Part shown: one piece after another, positions 9,336 to 18,793 of the stretch
Layout of the letters: every line of letters starts with the position of its first letter
Position numbering within the stretch: the stretch's first letter is position 1
Assembly: GCA_963674735.2 (NCBI GenBank)
Contig: CAXXQS010000001.1
Span: forward strand, 416,001 to 480,000
Direction: 5' to 3'
Origin: Myxococcota bacterium
GTDB lineage: Bacteria; Myxococcota_A; SURF-8
DNA: 64,000 nucleotides
Notes under the pieces: generated by a model
What the model was told of the DNA's origin: nothing
The model's input: only the letters and a program-made list of their open reading frames with translations
The model's database searches: none
Position numbers and translations under genes: made by a program

Positions 9336-11231
9336 ATGAGCGATGGATACATGGGACAGGTTTTGTATGTGGATTTGACCGCTAAAACCTGTACCCCTAA
9401 ACCGCTTGATGATGAGGTTCGTTTGTATATCGGGGGCAAGGGCTACGGAGCTCGCCTGTTATACGATCTAACCGAAAAAGGAGTGGATCCGCTGGGTCCC
9501 GCCAACCCGCTTATTTTCGGGACGGGACCGTATAACGGTACATTCGGCGTGCAGTCCACCCGCTTCACCGTTACCGCGAAATCGCCGCTGACCGGCGCAA
9601 TCGGCAATGTCACCGCGGGCGGTGATTTCGCCAATGCCATGAAACGGGCCGGATTCGATTTCATCGTGGTGACCGGCCAAGCGGAAAAGCCGGTCTACGT
9701 AGAAGTGACGGACGGCTCGGCTGAAATCAAGGAAGCCGGAAAGCTCTGGGGTATGGGTACCCAGGAGGTGCAGCGGCAATTCCCCAAAGCGTTCAAATGT
9801 GCCGTGATCGGACCCGCCGGAGAGAACCTGGTCCGTTATGCCTCCATCATCGGCGGCGATCGTGCGGCAGGCCGCTGCGGCTTGGGAGCGGTGATGGGCT
9901 CCAAGAAACTCAAAGCCGTCATCTGTTCCGGTAAAAAGAAAGTGCCGATCGCCAAGCCGGACAAATTCAAAGATTACACCCGTTGGTTGACCAAGTATTT
10001 CAAAGCCCATAATATGACCGGCGAAATTCTACCGGCTTTCGGTACGGCCAACCTGCTGATGACCACTTCCGGGCGCAATATCCTGCCCACCTTGAACTTC
10101 CAGAAAGGTCGTCATCAACTCGCCTGGCAGATCTCCGGCGAACAGATGCGGAAAGATTGGTTGGTCAAGAATGGGGGCTGTACGGCGTGTCCGATCCACT
10201 GTGGACGTACGGTCCGGCGTCCGGAGGGCAGCAAGTACGGCGAAGCCGGTGGAAAGATTCGTGGACCCGAGTACGAAACGCTCGGGTTGATGGGTAGTAA
10301 TATCGGCGTTTTCGATCTCGCGGCGGTGTTGCGTTTCAATGAAGCGGTGGACGAACTGGGGCTCGACTCCATCTCTGCCGGGGGAACGCTGGCCTGGGCC
10401 ATGGAAGCCAACGAAAAGGGTGTATGGAAAAACGGTTTGAGCTTCGGCGATATCGCTGCCGTGGACCAGTTGATCGAAGATATCGCGTATCGACGCGGGA
10501 TCGGGGACGAACTGGCCGAGGGTTCCTACCGATTGGCGCAGAAATACGGCGGGATGGACTTCGCCATGCAGGTCAAGGGGATGGAACTTCCCGCCTATGA
10601 CCCGCGTGGTTGTTATGGACAGGGCCTGGAATATGCGACCACCAATCGCGGGGGTTGCCATATCAACGGGGCGACCATGTTTTTCGAAACCACCGGAGCG
10701 ATTTCGGTGGATCCGCTATCGATCAAGGCCAAGCCGGAATTGGTGGTTTTTCAGCAGAATCTCATGGCGGCGCTCAATGCCATGATCATCTGTGTATTCT
10801 CCAGCTACGCGGTTTTGCCGTCCTTCGTGGGTAATATGGATCCGCAGGGCTCGTTGTACCGCTCGGTGGCCTGGACGATGAAAAACTCCGGTCCGATCCT
10901 ACGCCTGGTGCTGAAAACCAAGTTGATGGCTCCCATCCTTTGGTATGAGAAGTACTTGGGCTATGTTACCGGTGAATCTTATACCTTGGGCCGCATTACC
11001 GAATCGGGTGAGCGCGACTTCAATATGGAGCGCTTGTTCAACATGCGTGAAGGATTTGCCTTGGAGGACGACACCCTGCCGTCGCGTCTCCTAAACGAGC
11101 CGACCTTCCCCGGACAGGAAAAGGGCGTGCCCCTCGACGAGATGTTGCCGTCTTACTACAAAATCCGTGGTTGGAATCCGGATGGGACGATATCGGATAA
11201 GACCTTGAATCGCCTGCAGATAAGGAGCTGA
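9336..11231 (+). CDS. Aldehyde:ferredoxin oxidoreductase (tungstopterin AOR family)
   Basis: AKSPLTG, IGPAGENLV, GRCGLGAVMGSKKLKAV, CTACPIHCGR, GPEYET, DELGLDSIS, YDPRG and RGGCH motifs. Confidence 0.95.
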   Translation: MSDGYMGQVLYVDLTAKTCTPKPLDDEVRLYIGGKGYGARLLYDLTEKGVDPLGPANPLIFGTGPYNGTFGVQSTRFTVTAKSPLTGAIGNVTAGGDFANAMKRAGFDFIVVTGQAEKPVYVEVTDGSAEIKEAGKLWGMGTQEVQRQFPKAFKCAVIGPAGENLVRYASIIGGDRAAGRCGLGAVMGSKKLKAVICSGKKKVPIAKPDKFKDYTRWLTKYFKAHNMTGEILPAFGTANLLMTTSGRNILPTLNFQKGRHQLAWQISGEQMRKDWLVKNGGCTACPIHCGRTVRRPEGSKYGEAGGKIRGPEYETLGLMGSNIGVFDLAAVLRFNEAVDELGLDSISAGGTLAWAMEANEKGVWKNGLSFGDIAAVDQLIEDIAYRRGIGDELAEGSYRLAQKYGGMDFAMQVKGMELPAYDPRGCYGQGLEYATTNRGGCHINGATMFFETTGAISVDPLSIKAKPELVVFQQNLMAALNAMIICVFSSYAVLPSFVGNMDPQGSLYRSVAWTMKNSGPILRLVLKTKLMAPILWYEKYLGYVTGESYTLGRITESGERDFNMERLFNMREGFALEDDTLPSRLLNEPTFPGQEKGVPLDEMLPSYYKIRGWNPDGTISDKTLNRLQIRS

Positions 11232-11234
11232 GCC

Positions 11235-11483
11235 ATGGCCACCTTCTATCCGCATTTTCGCTTGGCCAATCAGATGGGTGGGCATGAGTTCACCTGGCCG
11301 GCGCAAACGGTCGGTGAATTGCTGGAGATCGGTTTGCAGCAATTCGGCAAGATGTTCAAAGACGAACTGTCGAATGCGACGGTGCTGGTCAATGGGCGCG
11401 CCATCAGTTATCTGGGAGGGCGGCGCACGCCGCTCACCGATAACGACGAGGTGTGGACCATCCTGCCCAGCGCGGGCGGTTGA
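11235..11483 (+). CDS. MoaD/ThiS family sulfur-carrier protein
   Basis: 82 aa, VLVNG, C-terminal PSAGG; 3 bp after AOR, the usual AOR-moaD arrangement. Confidence 0.9.
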   Translation: MATFYPHFRLANQMGGHEFTWPAQTVGELLEIGLQQFGKMFKDELSNATVLVNGRAISYLGGRRTPLTDNDEVWTILPSAGG

Positions 11484-11495
11484 TACCGGGAAGAC

Positions 11496-13220
11496 TCAGT
11501 TTTTCCACCACATGAAGGGGACGACGGCCGGCTCGGCGAACGGCCCGGCGGCCAGTTCGTCCCAGTAATCGGTGCTGTTTAACGTCCCGTAATCGTAGAG
11601 CACCCAGCCTTCCACATCGGCTTGGCGGGTATGCAAGATCTGCGATTCGACCTGTTCCCAGCTTTCATACCCACGCCACTCGCCGCGCTCGGCGTCCTGA
11701 CCGGCGTCCATATCCGATCCGATATACAGAAAACGCCGGGTTAGCGCCGCATGGCTGTCCACCAGGGCGCGGAAGTCGGTCCAGGCTGCGTAGGTGTCGC
11801 GGCAACGCCAGTAAACCATCGGAATCAGGGCGTCGATGATGCCTAATTCATCGAACTTGCGCCAGTCCTGATACCAGTGAACGTAACCTTCCGTAACGCC
11901 GCCCCAGCCCCATTCGTCCTGGTAAATACCCGCCACGGCGGCCGAAAGCGCCACTGATGGCGCGACTTGTTCGAGGGTGGTATATATGTCTCCAACTTGT
12001 TCGACAACTTGCAGCCGTTGCCAGTCGGCGTAGTCGGTTTCCGGGTGGGCGGCAAGGTGTGTCTGGTAGGCCGCTTCGCTGACCGGATCGTGGCTGTATT
12101 GGATTGCCGGATAGCGCACGCGGTCCAGGTGGATGCCGTCCACGTCGTAGCGGCTCCCGATATCGTGCACCACCGCTGCGTTGTGGGCGCGCAGTGCCTC
12201 ACTGGCCGGGGTGCCCCAGACATAACCGTTGCCCACCACCATGGGAACGTGGTCGCTGTCCTGCATCACCCATTCCGGATGTTCCAATAGCATGTGGCGC
12301 GGAGTGGACTCTTTGGGTTTGGCGCTTCCGTCCCACAGGGTGAAGACGTTGATCCAGGCGTGCAGCTCAAGCCCGCGTGCATGGGCTTCGTCGATGGCGG
12401 TTTGCAACGGATCCCAACCGGGATCTTGTCCCAGAACCCCTGAGAGACGTTGCGCCCAGGGCTCCAGGTCGGAATCGTAATAGGCGTCGAATACGCCGCG
12501 CACCTGAAAGTACACCTGGTTGAACCGTGTCTGGCTGGCTTTTTCCATGATGGCGACTACGTCGGCGGCATTGGAGAAAGCCCAGCGGTTTACCCACAAG
12601 CCACGCGCTTCCACCTGTTCTCGTGGGCGCACCCGGACCGTGGCGGGATCGGAAACGAGGTCGTTGTAGGCTGCGCGTAAAACCGCTTCGCCGTTGGCTT
12701 TGCCTGTGATACGAGCGGGTTCTGGCTGTAACGTGACGATTTCCGGGTGGTAGTTGGTAAAGGTGGCTTCATCGGTGACATCTTCCAGGTCCGTGTTGTT
12801 TCCCTGGTCGAGACGGACCCGCAAGCCGCTTGTACTGCCCTGCGCCAGAACGCTCGGAGCCACCAGCAGCAAGCGCGGCCAGTCGCTGATGAGCGATTCC
12901 TCCTCGGCTTCGGTGGATGCGTCCACCTTATCGAAATCTCCGTCGAGGTCGCCGGAGAACGCATCCTCTTCATTTTCACCGTTGGATGGCGCGTCCAGGT
13001 CGAGATCGCCGTCCGGGCCTGGGGAGGGAAAGAGGTCGTTGTCTGTCTCCGATCGATCGCCATCGCTTTGGATGGGGACGCACTGGCCGTCGATCAGATG
13101 ACTGCCCGCCGGACAGTAGAAAGTGTCGGATAAATGCTGACCGCTGTTGCTGCAAGCGCCGAGAAACATCAGCGTGAATAGCCAACCGATTATCGAGGCA
13201 AAGGGGATCAATCGCTGCAT
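11496..13220 (-). CDS. Lipoprotein: DGD stalk, Ig-like domain, glycoside hydrolase-like family 10 (GHL10/DUF187)
   Basis: Lipobox LGAC; EARGLWV, FNQVYFQVRG, WDPL..AIDEAHARGLELHAWIN, YDVDGIHLDRVRYP and PMVY motifs. Confidence 0.88.
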   Translation of the reverse strand: MQRLIPFASIIGWLFTLMFLGACSNSGQHLSDTFYCPAGSHLIDGQCVPIQSDGDRSETDNDLFPSPGPDGDLDLDAPSNGENEEDAFSGDLDGDFDKVDASTEAEEESLISDWPRLLLVAPSVLAQGSTSGLRVRLDQGNNTDLEDVTDEATFTNYHPEIVTLQPEPARITGKANGEAVLRAAYNDLVSDPATVRVRPREQVEARGLWVNRWAFSNAADVVAIMEKASQTRFNQVYFQVRGVFDAYYDSDLEPWAQRLSGVLGQDPGWDPLQTAIDEAHARGLELHAWINVFTLWDGSAKPKESTPRHMLLEHPEWVMQDSDHVPMVVGNGYVWGTPASEALRAHNAAVVHDIGSRYDVDGIHLDRVRYPAIQYSHDPVSEAAYQTHLAAHPETDYADWQRLQVVEQVGDIYTTLEQVAPSVALSAAVAGIYQDEWGWGGVTEGYVHWYQDWRKFDELGIIDALIPMVYWRCRDTYAAWTDFRALVDSHAALTRRFLYIGSDMDAGQDAERGEWRGYESWEQVESQILHTRQADVEGWVLYDYGTLNSTDYWDELAAGPFAEPAVVPFMWWKN

Positions 13221-13390
13221 CTGCCGGGTCTCCTTCTCGCTGGATAGGCGATCCTACCACAGGTTCGACTGAGAGAAAACCACTCTCTGGCCACGCAATA
13301 GTTGCTTTCGCTTTTCATCCTGGTTTAATACAAGGGATGTAACATCGTGCGGTACGGCCCGCTTGTTCCGATTCAACAAAGGAGTTTTAG

Positions 13391-15481
13391 ATGAAACGCG
13401 GATGGATGATCGTTGCCATATTGCTCGGTTTATGCGGAATAATCGCCTGTTCGTCATCCGATAACGATGCAATCGATGGCGACAGCGAGTCCGATCGGCC
13501 GACTGTCGATGGTGACGGTGATATCGACCCTAACGATGGGGATCGGGACGACGACGGCGCGAGTGAGACGGACGGCGACGAAAGCGAAAGCGATGGCGAC
13601 CGTGAACCGGATGTCGAGGATTGGGTGTTTAACCGCGACGACTATGATCCGGTCAACGGCTGGATCTTGCTTGACCGGAACGAAACGGCGATGCTGGACA
13701 CCATCGATACCGCCGCTGACTTCGGGGTGAATCACATTCAACTCTCCCATGATTTGATCATGGATATCGATGATGCGGTGGGAGATGATGCCGATACTCT
13801 CGCGCGTATCGCCACATTGAACGCCGGTATCGCGCGTGCCCATGAACACGGGATGAAGGCTTATGTCTGGGCACACGAGTTTACCGGTGTATCGATTGAT
13901 GTCTGTTTCGACCCGGCTGACCCCGTTTGGGAGACACGCGCCCAACAATATCGAGTCGCTTTTTCCGCGATGCCCGATCTGGACGGTGTGATTCTGATGT
14001 TCGGTTCTTCGGACCTCCCGCCCTGGTATGCTTTTTGTTCCTGCGATTGGTGTGTCGATAACTACGGCGACGATCCGCTCGAAAGTCCGCCGCCGGCGGT
14101 GAAGGTGCAATTGGTGGCGCAGGCCATCGGTGAGGTGGTGGTCAACGAATTGGGCAAGGAATTGTTTATCCGCACCTTCGTACACGAACCCAATGAAGTT
14201 GCGTGGCATTCCGATGGATTACGAGAGGTGGAAGGCGTCTCTTTCACCGGCATGCATAAGGGTCCGGTTCAAGACTGGCAGCCTTACAACCCGCATCACG
14301 CTTGCACGGGTAACGTGGGGTCGCATCCCTCGGTGTTGGAACTCGATTTGGCCGGAGAATACTATGGGAAGTCCGAATTGCCTTGGGCGGCGCCGGGCTA
14401 TTACTGGTACCGTCTTGAACACGCCTGGAAAAACCGCGGGATCGGTGCGGTGGCGCGCGTGCAACGCGGGAGTCTGCACGCTCTTGGAACGCCCAACGAA
14501 GTAAATCTGTACGCCGTGGCAGAGTGGGTGAAGAATCCCGATCTGCCCATCGAGAGCGTTTGGGACGGATTTCTCGAATCGTATTATGCTCTGGCTCCGC
14601 AGGCCGACGGGCAGGCGACTTTGAAACAGGTGCTGAAAGACACCTTCCCCATTCGCCGCAAGTCGCATTACGTATTGGGGATCTGGGCGCTTGATAAGGG
14701 TAGCGATATTCCCAACGGTGTGGCGCTGGATCAATTCGATGATCGGGGCGATATGCCGAAATGGGACGCCGACTGGACGGATGTCTGGAACGCGTTGGAT
14801 CGGCCGAACAAAGAAACGGTTTGGCAGGTTTGGCAGGAGGGTTGCGAAGCCGTCGTTCTGGCCGAGGTGAGTCTGACGGCCAGCGCGGATCTCGACGGCA
14901 AACTTGCGACCGACCTCTACAGCGATTTGGCGCGTCGCATGCGGCATCAGTATTATGCGGCGCGAGCTTGGCGCGCGGCGAAGCTCTTCATCTGGGCCAA
15001 TCGCGCCAAGGGAGACGGAAGCGACACCGATCTACCCGGCTGGATGGCCTGGGCGCGTGCTGAACTCGAAACGCTGATAACCGAGATGGCTGCCGCCGAT
15101 CTGGGAACGATCACGTTGGCGACGCCGGGACGCATTCAGCAATTCCTCGACAATACGGCGAATCTTATTCCGGACGGCACCGCCGTCGTCGTTCCCGAGG
15201 GTTTAATGCTTTCTCCCGTGACGACAACCGCCCTGCGGTCTGATGGCGCGGATTTCAGTGTTTCCGTGAATCAAGCCGCCACGCTGACGGTCGAATGGGG
15301 GACCGAGATTCCCGACTACGGGCAGACGGTCGAGCTGGGCGCGGTGCCTGCCGATACGCCGACTTCTTTTTCGCTGAGCGATCTTCCGTCCCGGTCGCGA
15401 GCGGTGCTGCGCGTGCGTGCCACGGCGGGCGATGAGACGACAACCGGCGGCGATTACTGGGTGTTTACGCCGGCTCAATAG
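13391..15481 (+). CDS. Lipoprotein with DGD stalk, putative TIM-barrel glycoside-hydrolase-like core and C-terminal FN3-like domain
   Basis: AGGAG RBS, lipobox IIAC, acidic DGD linker, (beta/alpha)-like motifs (FGVNHIQLSH, GMKAYVWAHE, PDLDGVILMFG, LFIRTF). Function unassigned. Confidence 0.65.
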   Translation: MKRGWMIVAILLGLCGIIACSSSDNDAIDGDSESDRPTVDGDGDIDPNDGDRDDDGASETDGDESESDGDREPDVEDWVFNRDDYDPVNGWILLDRNETAMLDTIDTAADFGVNHIQLSHDLIMDIDDAVGDDADTLARIATLNAGIARAHEHGMKAYVWAHEFTGVSIDVCFDPADPVWETRAQQYRVAFSAMPDLDGVILMFGSSDLPPWYAFCSCDWCVDNYGDDPLESPPPAVKVQLVAQAIGEVVVNELGKELFIRTFVHEPNEVAWHSDGLREVEGVSFTGMHKGPVQDWQPYNPHHACTGNVGSHPSVLELDLAGEYYGKSELPWAAPGYYWYRLEHAWKNRGIGAVARVQRGSLHALGTPNEVNLYAVAEWVKNPDLPIESVWDGFLESYYALAPQADGQATLKQVLKDTFPIRRKSHYVLGIWALDKGSDIPNGVALDQFDDRGDMPKWDADWTDVWNALDRPNKETVWQVWQEGCEAVVLAEVSLTASADLDGKLATDLYSDLARRMRHQYYAARAWRAAKLFIWANRAKGDGSDTDLPGWMAWARAELETLITEMAAADLGTITLATPGRIQQFLDNTANLIPDGTAVVVPEGLMLSPVTTTALRSDGADFSVSVNQAATLTVEWGTEIPDYGQTVELGAVPADTPTSFSLSDLPSRSRAVLRVRATAGDETTTGGDYWVFTPAQ

Positions 15482-15490
15482 CAACTGTAG

Positions 15491-15511
15491 GTTGGATCCA
15501 ATGGATCCAAC
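15491..15511. repeat. Perfect 10-bp inverted repeat (GTTGGATCCA-A-TGGATCCAAC)
   Basis: Read directly; it sits where composition switches from GC-rich to AT-rich. Confidence 0.9.
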
Positions 15512-15573
15512 ATCTTACGGAAAGTGTCGGATTAAAATCTTATCCGACCTTAATTAGTTTTGTGAGGCAGGGC

Positions 15574-16926
15574 ATGAAATCACGATCTGAAGTTATTGAT
15601 ATAATTGCTGCATCAGCTATTAGAGGGCGGTTGGGTCTATTTGTCGGTACAGGTTTTTCGAAAGCTTTAACCAATGGACTTGCACTTACGTTTAGAGAGC
15701 TACTGATTGAGTTAGTTAAGGAGCTTGAATTAGGAGTCAATATTGACAATGATAAACAGTTTCGTCACAAATCGCACCCCCAAATTGCATCAGAAATAGT
15801 GAAAAAGCATGTAGAACAATCCTTGTGGATTGATGATAAGACTGGAGATTTGCAGGTCAAGCAAGCGGCTTCTTCTTTGTGCAATCTGCTTCCAGATGAA
15901 GAAATTAGAACCAAATTCTATGAAGAGCTAAAAACTATTCGCCCAAGTTGGGTTATCACAACTAATTATGATCTTGTGTTGGAGTCTGTGTTTCCTAATA
16001 ATCATTCTTTACTTTCCCATCAGCCAATAATGCCAAATCAGGAATGTGTGCCAATCTTTCATCTTCATGGAAATCGTCTTTATCCACAGTCACTTCGAAT
16101 AACCGAAGAAGATTATGTTTCGTTGCTTGGACCACTTGATTATCAGCGAATAAGATTGCCACTTCTACTTCTTGAGTCTACAACGCTGATGATCGGATAT
16201 GCTCTTGGTGATATCAATGTACGTGCTGCACTGGAATGGGCACGTTCATTTGTTGTCGATGATAACAGACAAGAGCCTGATCAAGGACTGATTGTACAGG
16301 CTTTGTTTAAGGAAAACGGTGCAACAACTGATGTCAAGCATGGTCCGAATGGAGAAATAATATTAGAAACAGATAACTTGTTGTCATTTCTTTCAGAAGT
16401 CGCCACCTCCATAGTAAATGCGCAAGAGCTTAATCGTTTTTGGCAAGAAATTAGAGAAGAATATTTGAGAAATAGACAAAATGATATCTATTCAATGACA
16501 AATGGGTCAGAAGAAAGAAATAGGTTTTTATATGTAATCGAAAATTTGCCATTTATCAGTAACCCAACATCTGTTATCTCATTTCTTGATAGTATACTTG
16601 GCAAGATATGGCAAAAGGCTAGGGAGAACGGGGGATGGGAGTACTATAATATGTTTCTTGAGTTAATACTAGATGTTCTTGTTCGAATCGACATTGGAAA
16701 AAACTCACCAACCGTTTTTGGCTATCTAGCACAAATGCTTAGTCAAATAGGATCATTTATTGGTCCTGCACCAAGGAAGAATGATATTGGAATTCCGTGG
16801 AGAGCTGCAGAAACCTGGGAAACGAGGAAAGATGAACTTGGTGAACAGAAATTACGCGAATTGAGATCCTTATCTCGATCACAAAATTTGTGGGGTATAA
16901 AGATATTATTCGGTGAATCTTATTGA
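15574..16926 (+). CDS. SIR2-family (SIR2_2) NAD-binding protein with unassigned C-terminal domain; AT-rich, likely horizontally acquired
   Basis: LGLFVGTGFS, ITTNYD, FHLHG and LMIGYALGD sirtuin-like motifs; codons end mostly in A/T, unlike the flanks. GTG at 15562 is an alternative start. Confidence 0.85.
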   Translation: MKSRSEVIDIIAASAIRGRLGLFVGTGFSKALTNGLALTFRELLIELVKELELGVNIDNDKQFRHKSHPQIASEIVKKHVEQSLWIDDKTGDLQVKQAASSLCNLLPDEEIRTKFYEELKTIRPSWVITTNYDLVLESVFPNNHSLLSHQPIMPNQECVPIFHLHGNRLYPQSLRITEEDYVSLLGPLDYQRIRLPLLLLESTTLMIGYALGDINVRAALEWARSFVVDDNRQEPDQGLIVQALFKENGATTDVKHGPNGEIILETDNLLSFLSEVATSIVNAQELNRFWQEIREEYLRNRQNDIYSMTNGSEERNRFLYVIENLPFISNPTSVISFLDSILGKIWQKARENGGWEYYNMFLELILDVLVRIDIGKNSPTVFGYLAQMLSQIGSFIGPAPRKNDIGIPWRAAETWETRKDELGEQKLRELRSLSRSQNLWGIKILFGESY

Positions 16927-16950
16927 TAAGTAGGCATTTTACTTAAATTA

Positions 16951-18486
16951 CTACCCCCCGAATTCTTTCGGCGGAGTAAAGTCGATACCGTTCATCTTGA
17001 ACTGTCGGAGGAGTTCGTCTTTATCGACCGCTTTGGAGTAGGCCTCGCCGGGATCGACCACCTTCTTAACAACCAGCTTGGTCAATTCATCCGAAAGCAA
17101 CTGCATGCCGAGTTGTCGGTTTGTTTGGATGACGTTCAGCAATTGGTGGGTTTTGGCTTCGCGAATCATGTTCGATACCGGCGGGGTCACGATCAGCACT
17201 TCCAAAGCCGCCACACGTCCGCCGCCGATACGTTTCAGCAGATTCTGCGCGACGACCGCTTTCAGCGATTCCGCCAGCATGTAGCGGATCTGGGACTGCT
17301 CGTCACTGGGAAATATCTCGACAATGCGATTGACGGTCGAAGTCGCGGTGGTGGTGTGCAGCGTTCCGAAAACAAGGTGGCCGGTGCTGGCCGTCTCGAT
17401 GGCCATGGAAATCGTTTCCAGATCGCGCAACTCGCCTACCAGTACTACATCCGGATCTTCACGCAGGGCATCGCGTAGCGATTCGTTGAACGACGCGGTA
17501 TGGGGACCGACTTCGCGTTGGTGAACCAGGCAACGTTTGTTTGGGTGAAGAAACTCGATGGGGTGTTCGATGGTGATGATATGATCGGATCGGGAGCGAT
17601 TGACCAGATCGATGATGGCCGCCAGCGTGGTGGATTTTCCCGAACCGGTGGGGCCGGTCACCAGAACGAGACCCTTGGGAAGACTCGCCAACGCACGAAT
17701 CGCCTTCGGTAGCTTGAGATCCTCGGCGCTGAGAATCTCGCTGGGAATCATGCGAATCGCAGCCGAAAGCCCTCGATATTCCTTGAATATGTTGAAACGG
17801 AAACGCGCAACGCCTTTGATTTCATAAGCGAAATCGCAGCTCCCTTTGTCTTCGAAATCGGCCTTTTCCTGCTCGTCGACGATGTCGAAAAGCAGCTTGT
17901 GCAGAACATCCGTTTCAAAAACGGCATCTTCGCCATCGGGGGAAAGATCGCCGTCGATGCGGTAGATCGGGTGGCAGCGGCTGCACAGATGCAGATCGGA
18001 GGCTTTGCGTTCCACCATCTGGCGTAGGAAACGATCGATGTCGGCCGGTGGTGCCGTCGCTTCTTCCGGGGCGACCGCCATCTCGGCCGTATAACCTTTG
18101 GCCACCTGGGAGGGCGGAGCGTCGGGAAGAGGGGGTTTCTTTGCACTGGCTGAAGCGGATGCCTGACCCGGCGGAATGGTGGCGCGGCCTTTCTGGGGGA
18201 CGAACGCGACCTCGGCGCCGTCTTTGGTGAGTTTGGCGACCGTGGCGCAGTTGATGCCTTCCGCCGTATACGTAAGGCTGACACTGCCGGTCGATGTGAT
18301 TTGGTGCTTCTGATCCGCCGACAGGATTTCCATCACCGCCACACGGATCTGGCTGCCCGGAATGGGAAGACCGAAGGAAGCGCTTCCCGACTCGAATATC
18401 AATCCGGGTTTTTGGTTGGGTTTTAGAACGAGCTGGCGGGCTTGTCGTTGAACGGCTAAGCGAATGTATGGATCGACGGAAGCCAT
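16951..18486 (-). CDS. pilT: PilT/PilU-family type IV pilus retraction ATPase with N-terminal extension
   Basis: ASDLHL, Walker A GPTGSGKST, LREDPDVVLVGELRD, His box GHLVFGTLHT, GGRVAALEVL. Start moved to MASVDPY (AGGAG upstream). Confidence 0.88.
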   Translation of the reverse strand: MASVDPYIRLAVQRQARQLVLKPNQKPGLIFESGSASFGLPIPGSQIRVAVMEILSADQKHQITSTGSVSLTYTAEGINCATVAKLTKDGAEVAFVPQKGRATIPPGQASASASAKKPPLPDAPPSQVAKGYTAEMAVAPEEATAPPADIDRFLRQMVERKASDLHLCSRCHPIYRIDGDLSPDGEDAVFETDVLHKLLFDIVDEQEKADFEDKGSCDFAYEIKGVARFRFNIFKEYRGLSAAIRMIPSEILSAEDLKLPKAIRALASLPKGLVLVTGPTGSGKSTTLAAIIDLVNRSRSDHIITIEHPIEFLHPNKRCLVHQREVGPHTASFNESLRDALREDPDVVLVGELRDLETISMAIETASTGHLVFGTLHTTTATSTVNRIVEIFPSDEQSQIRYMLAESLKAVVAQNLLKRIGGGRVAALEVLIVTPPVSNMIREAKTHQLLNVIQTNRQLGMQLLSDELTKLVVKKVVDPGEAYSKAVDKDELLRQFKMNGIDFTPPKEFGG

Positions 18487-18793
18487 GGTGTCCGATCTCC
18501 TTTTGCTGCCCACGCCATTTAGGCCATTTGCACAAACGTAGCATATTTTTCCCGTCAATGCTAAAGACTCTGACCCAGTTTTCCTTACAAACATTATCCG
18601 TGTGATACCTGCGGATTGCCGGAATGGCTTGTCGGAGAACTTACTCAAACGTAAGTTGTGTTGCTCTGTTTTGGGTGGACAAATCACGAGTGATGGGATA
18701 AGAGAATGCATTAGTTGTAATTACAAATACGGTGGAGCTTTACCGTCCCGTGTAAATAACGGGTTATATCAGGACGTTTTTTCAGCCTGAGAG

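Noticed and set aside
15491-15511. Integron attC site (contains GTTRRRY and RYYYAAC)
   Set aside because: The core sites are in the wrong order, the element is far too short, and no integrase or cassette array is present.
18487-18711. ORF-track N-terminal extensions (pilT here; likewise AOR, truB, rpsO, PEGA protein, 51262, 56258, 60581)
   Set aside because: Better RBS, promoter or signal-peptide context places the starts downstream; the extensions overlap neighbours or promoters.
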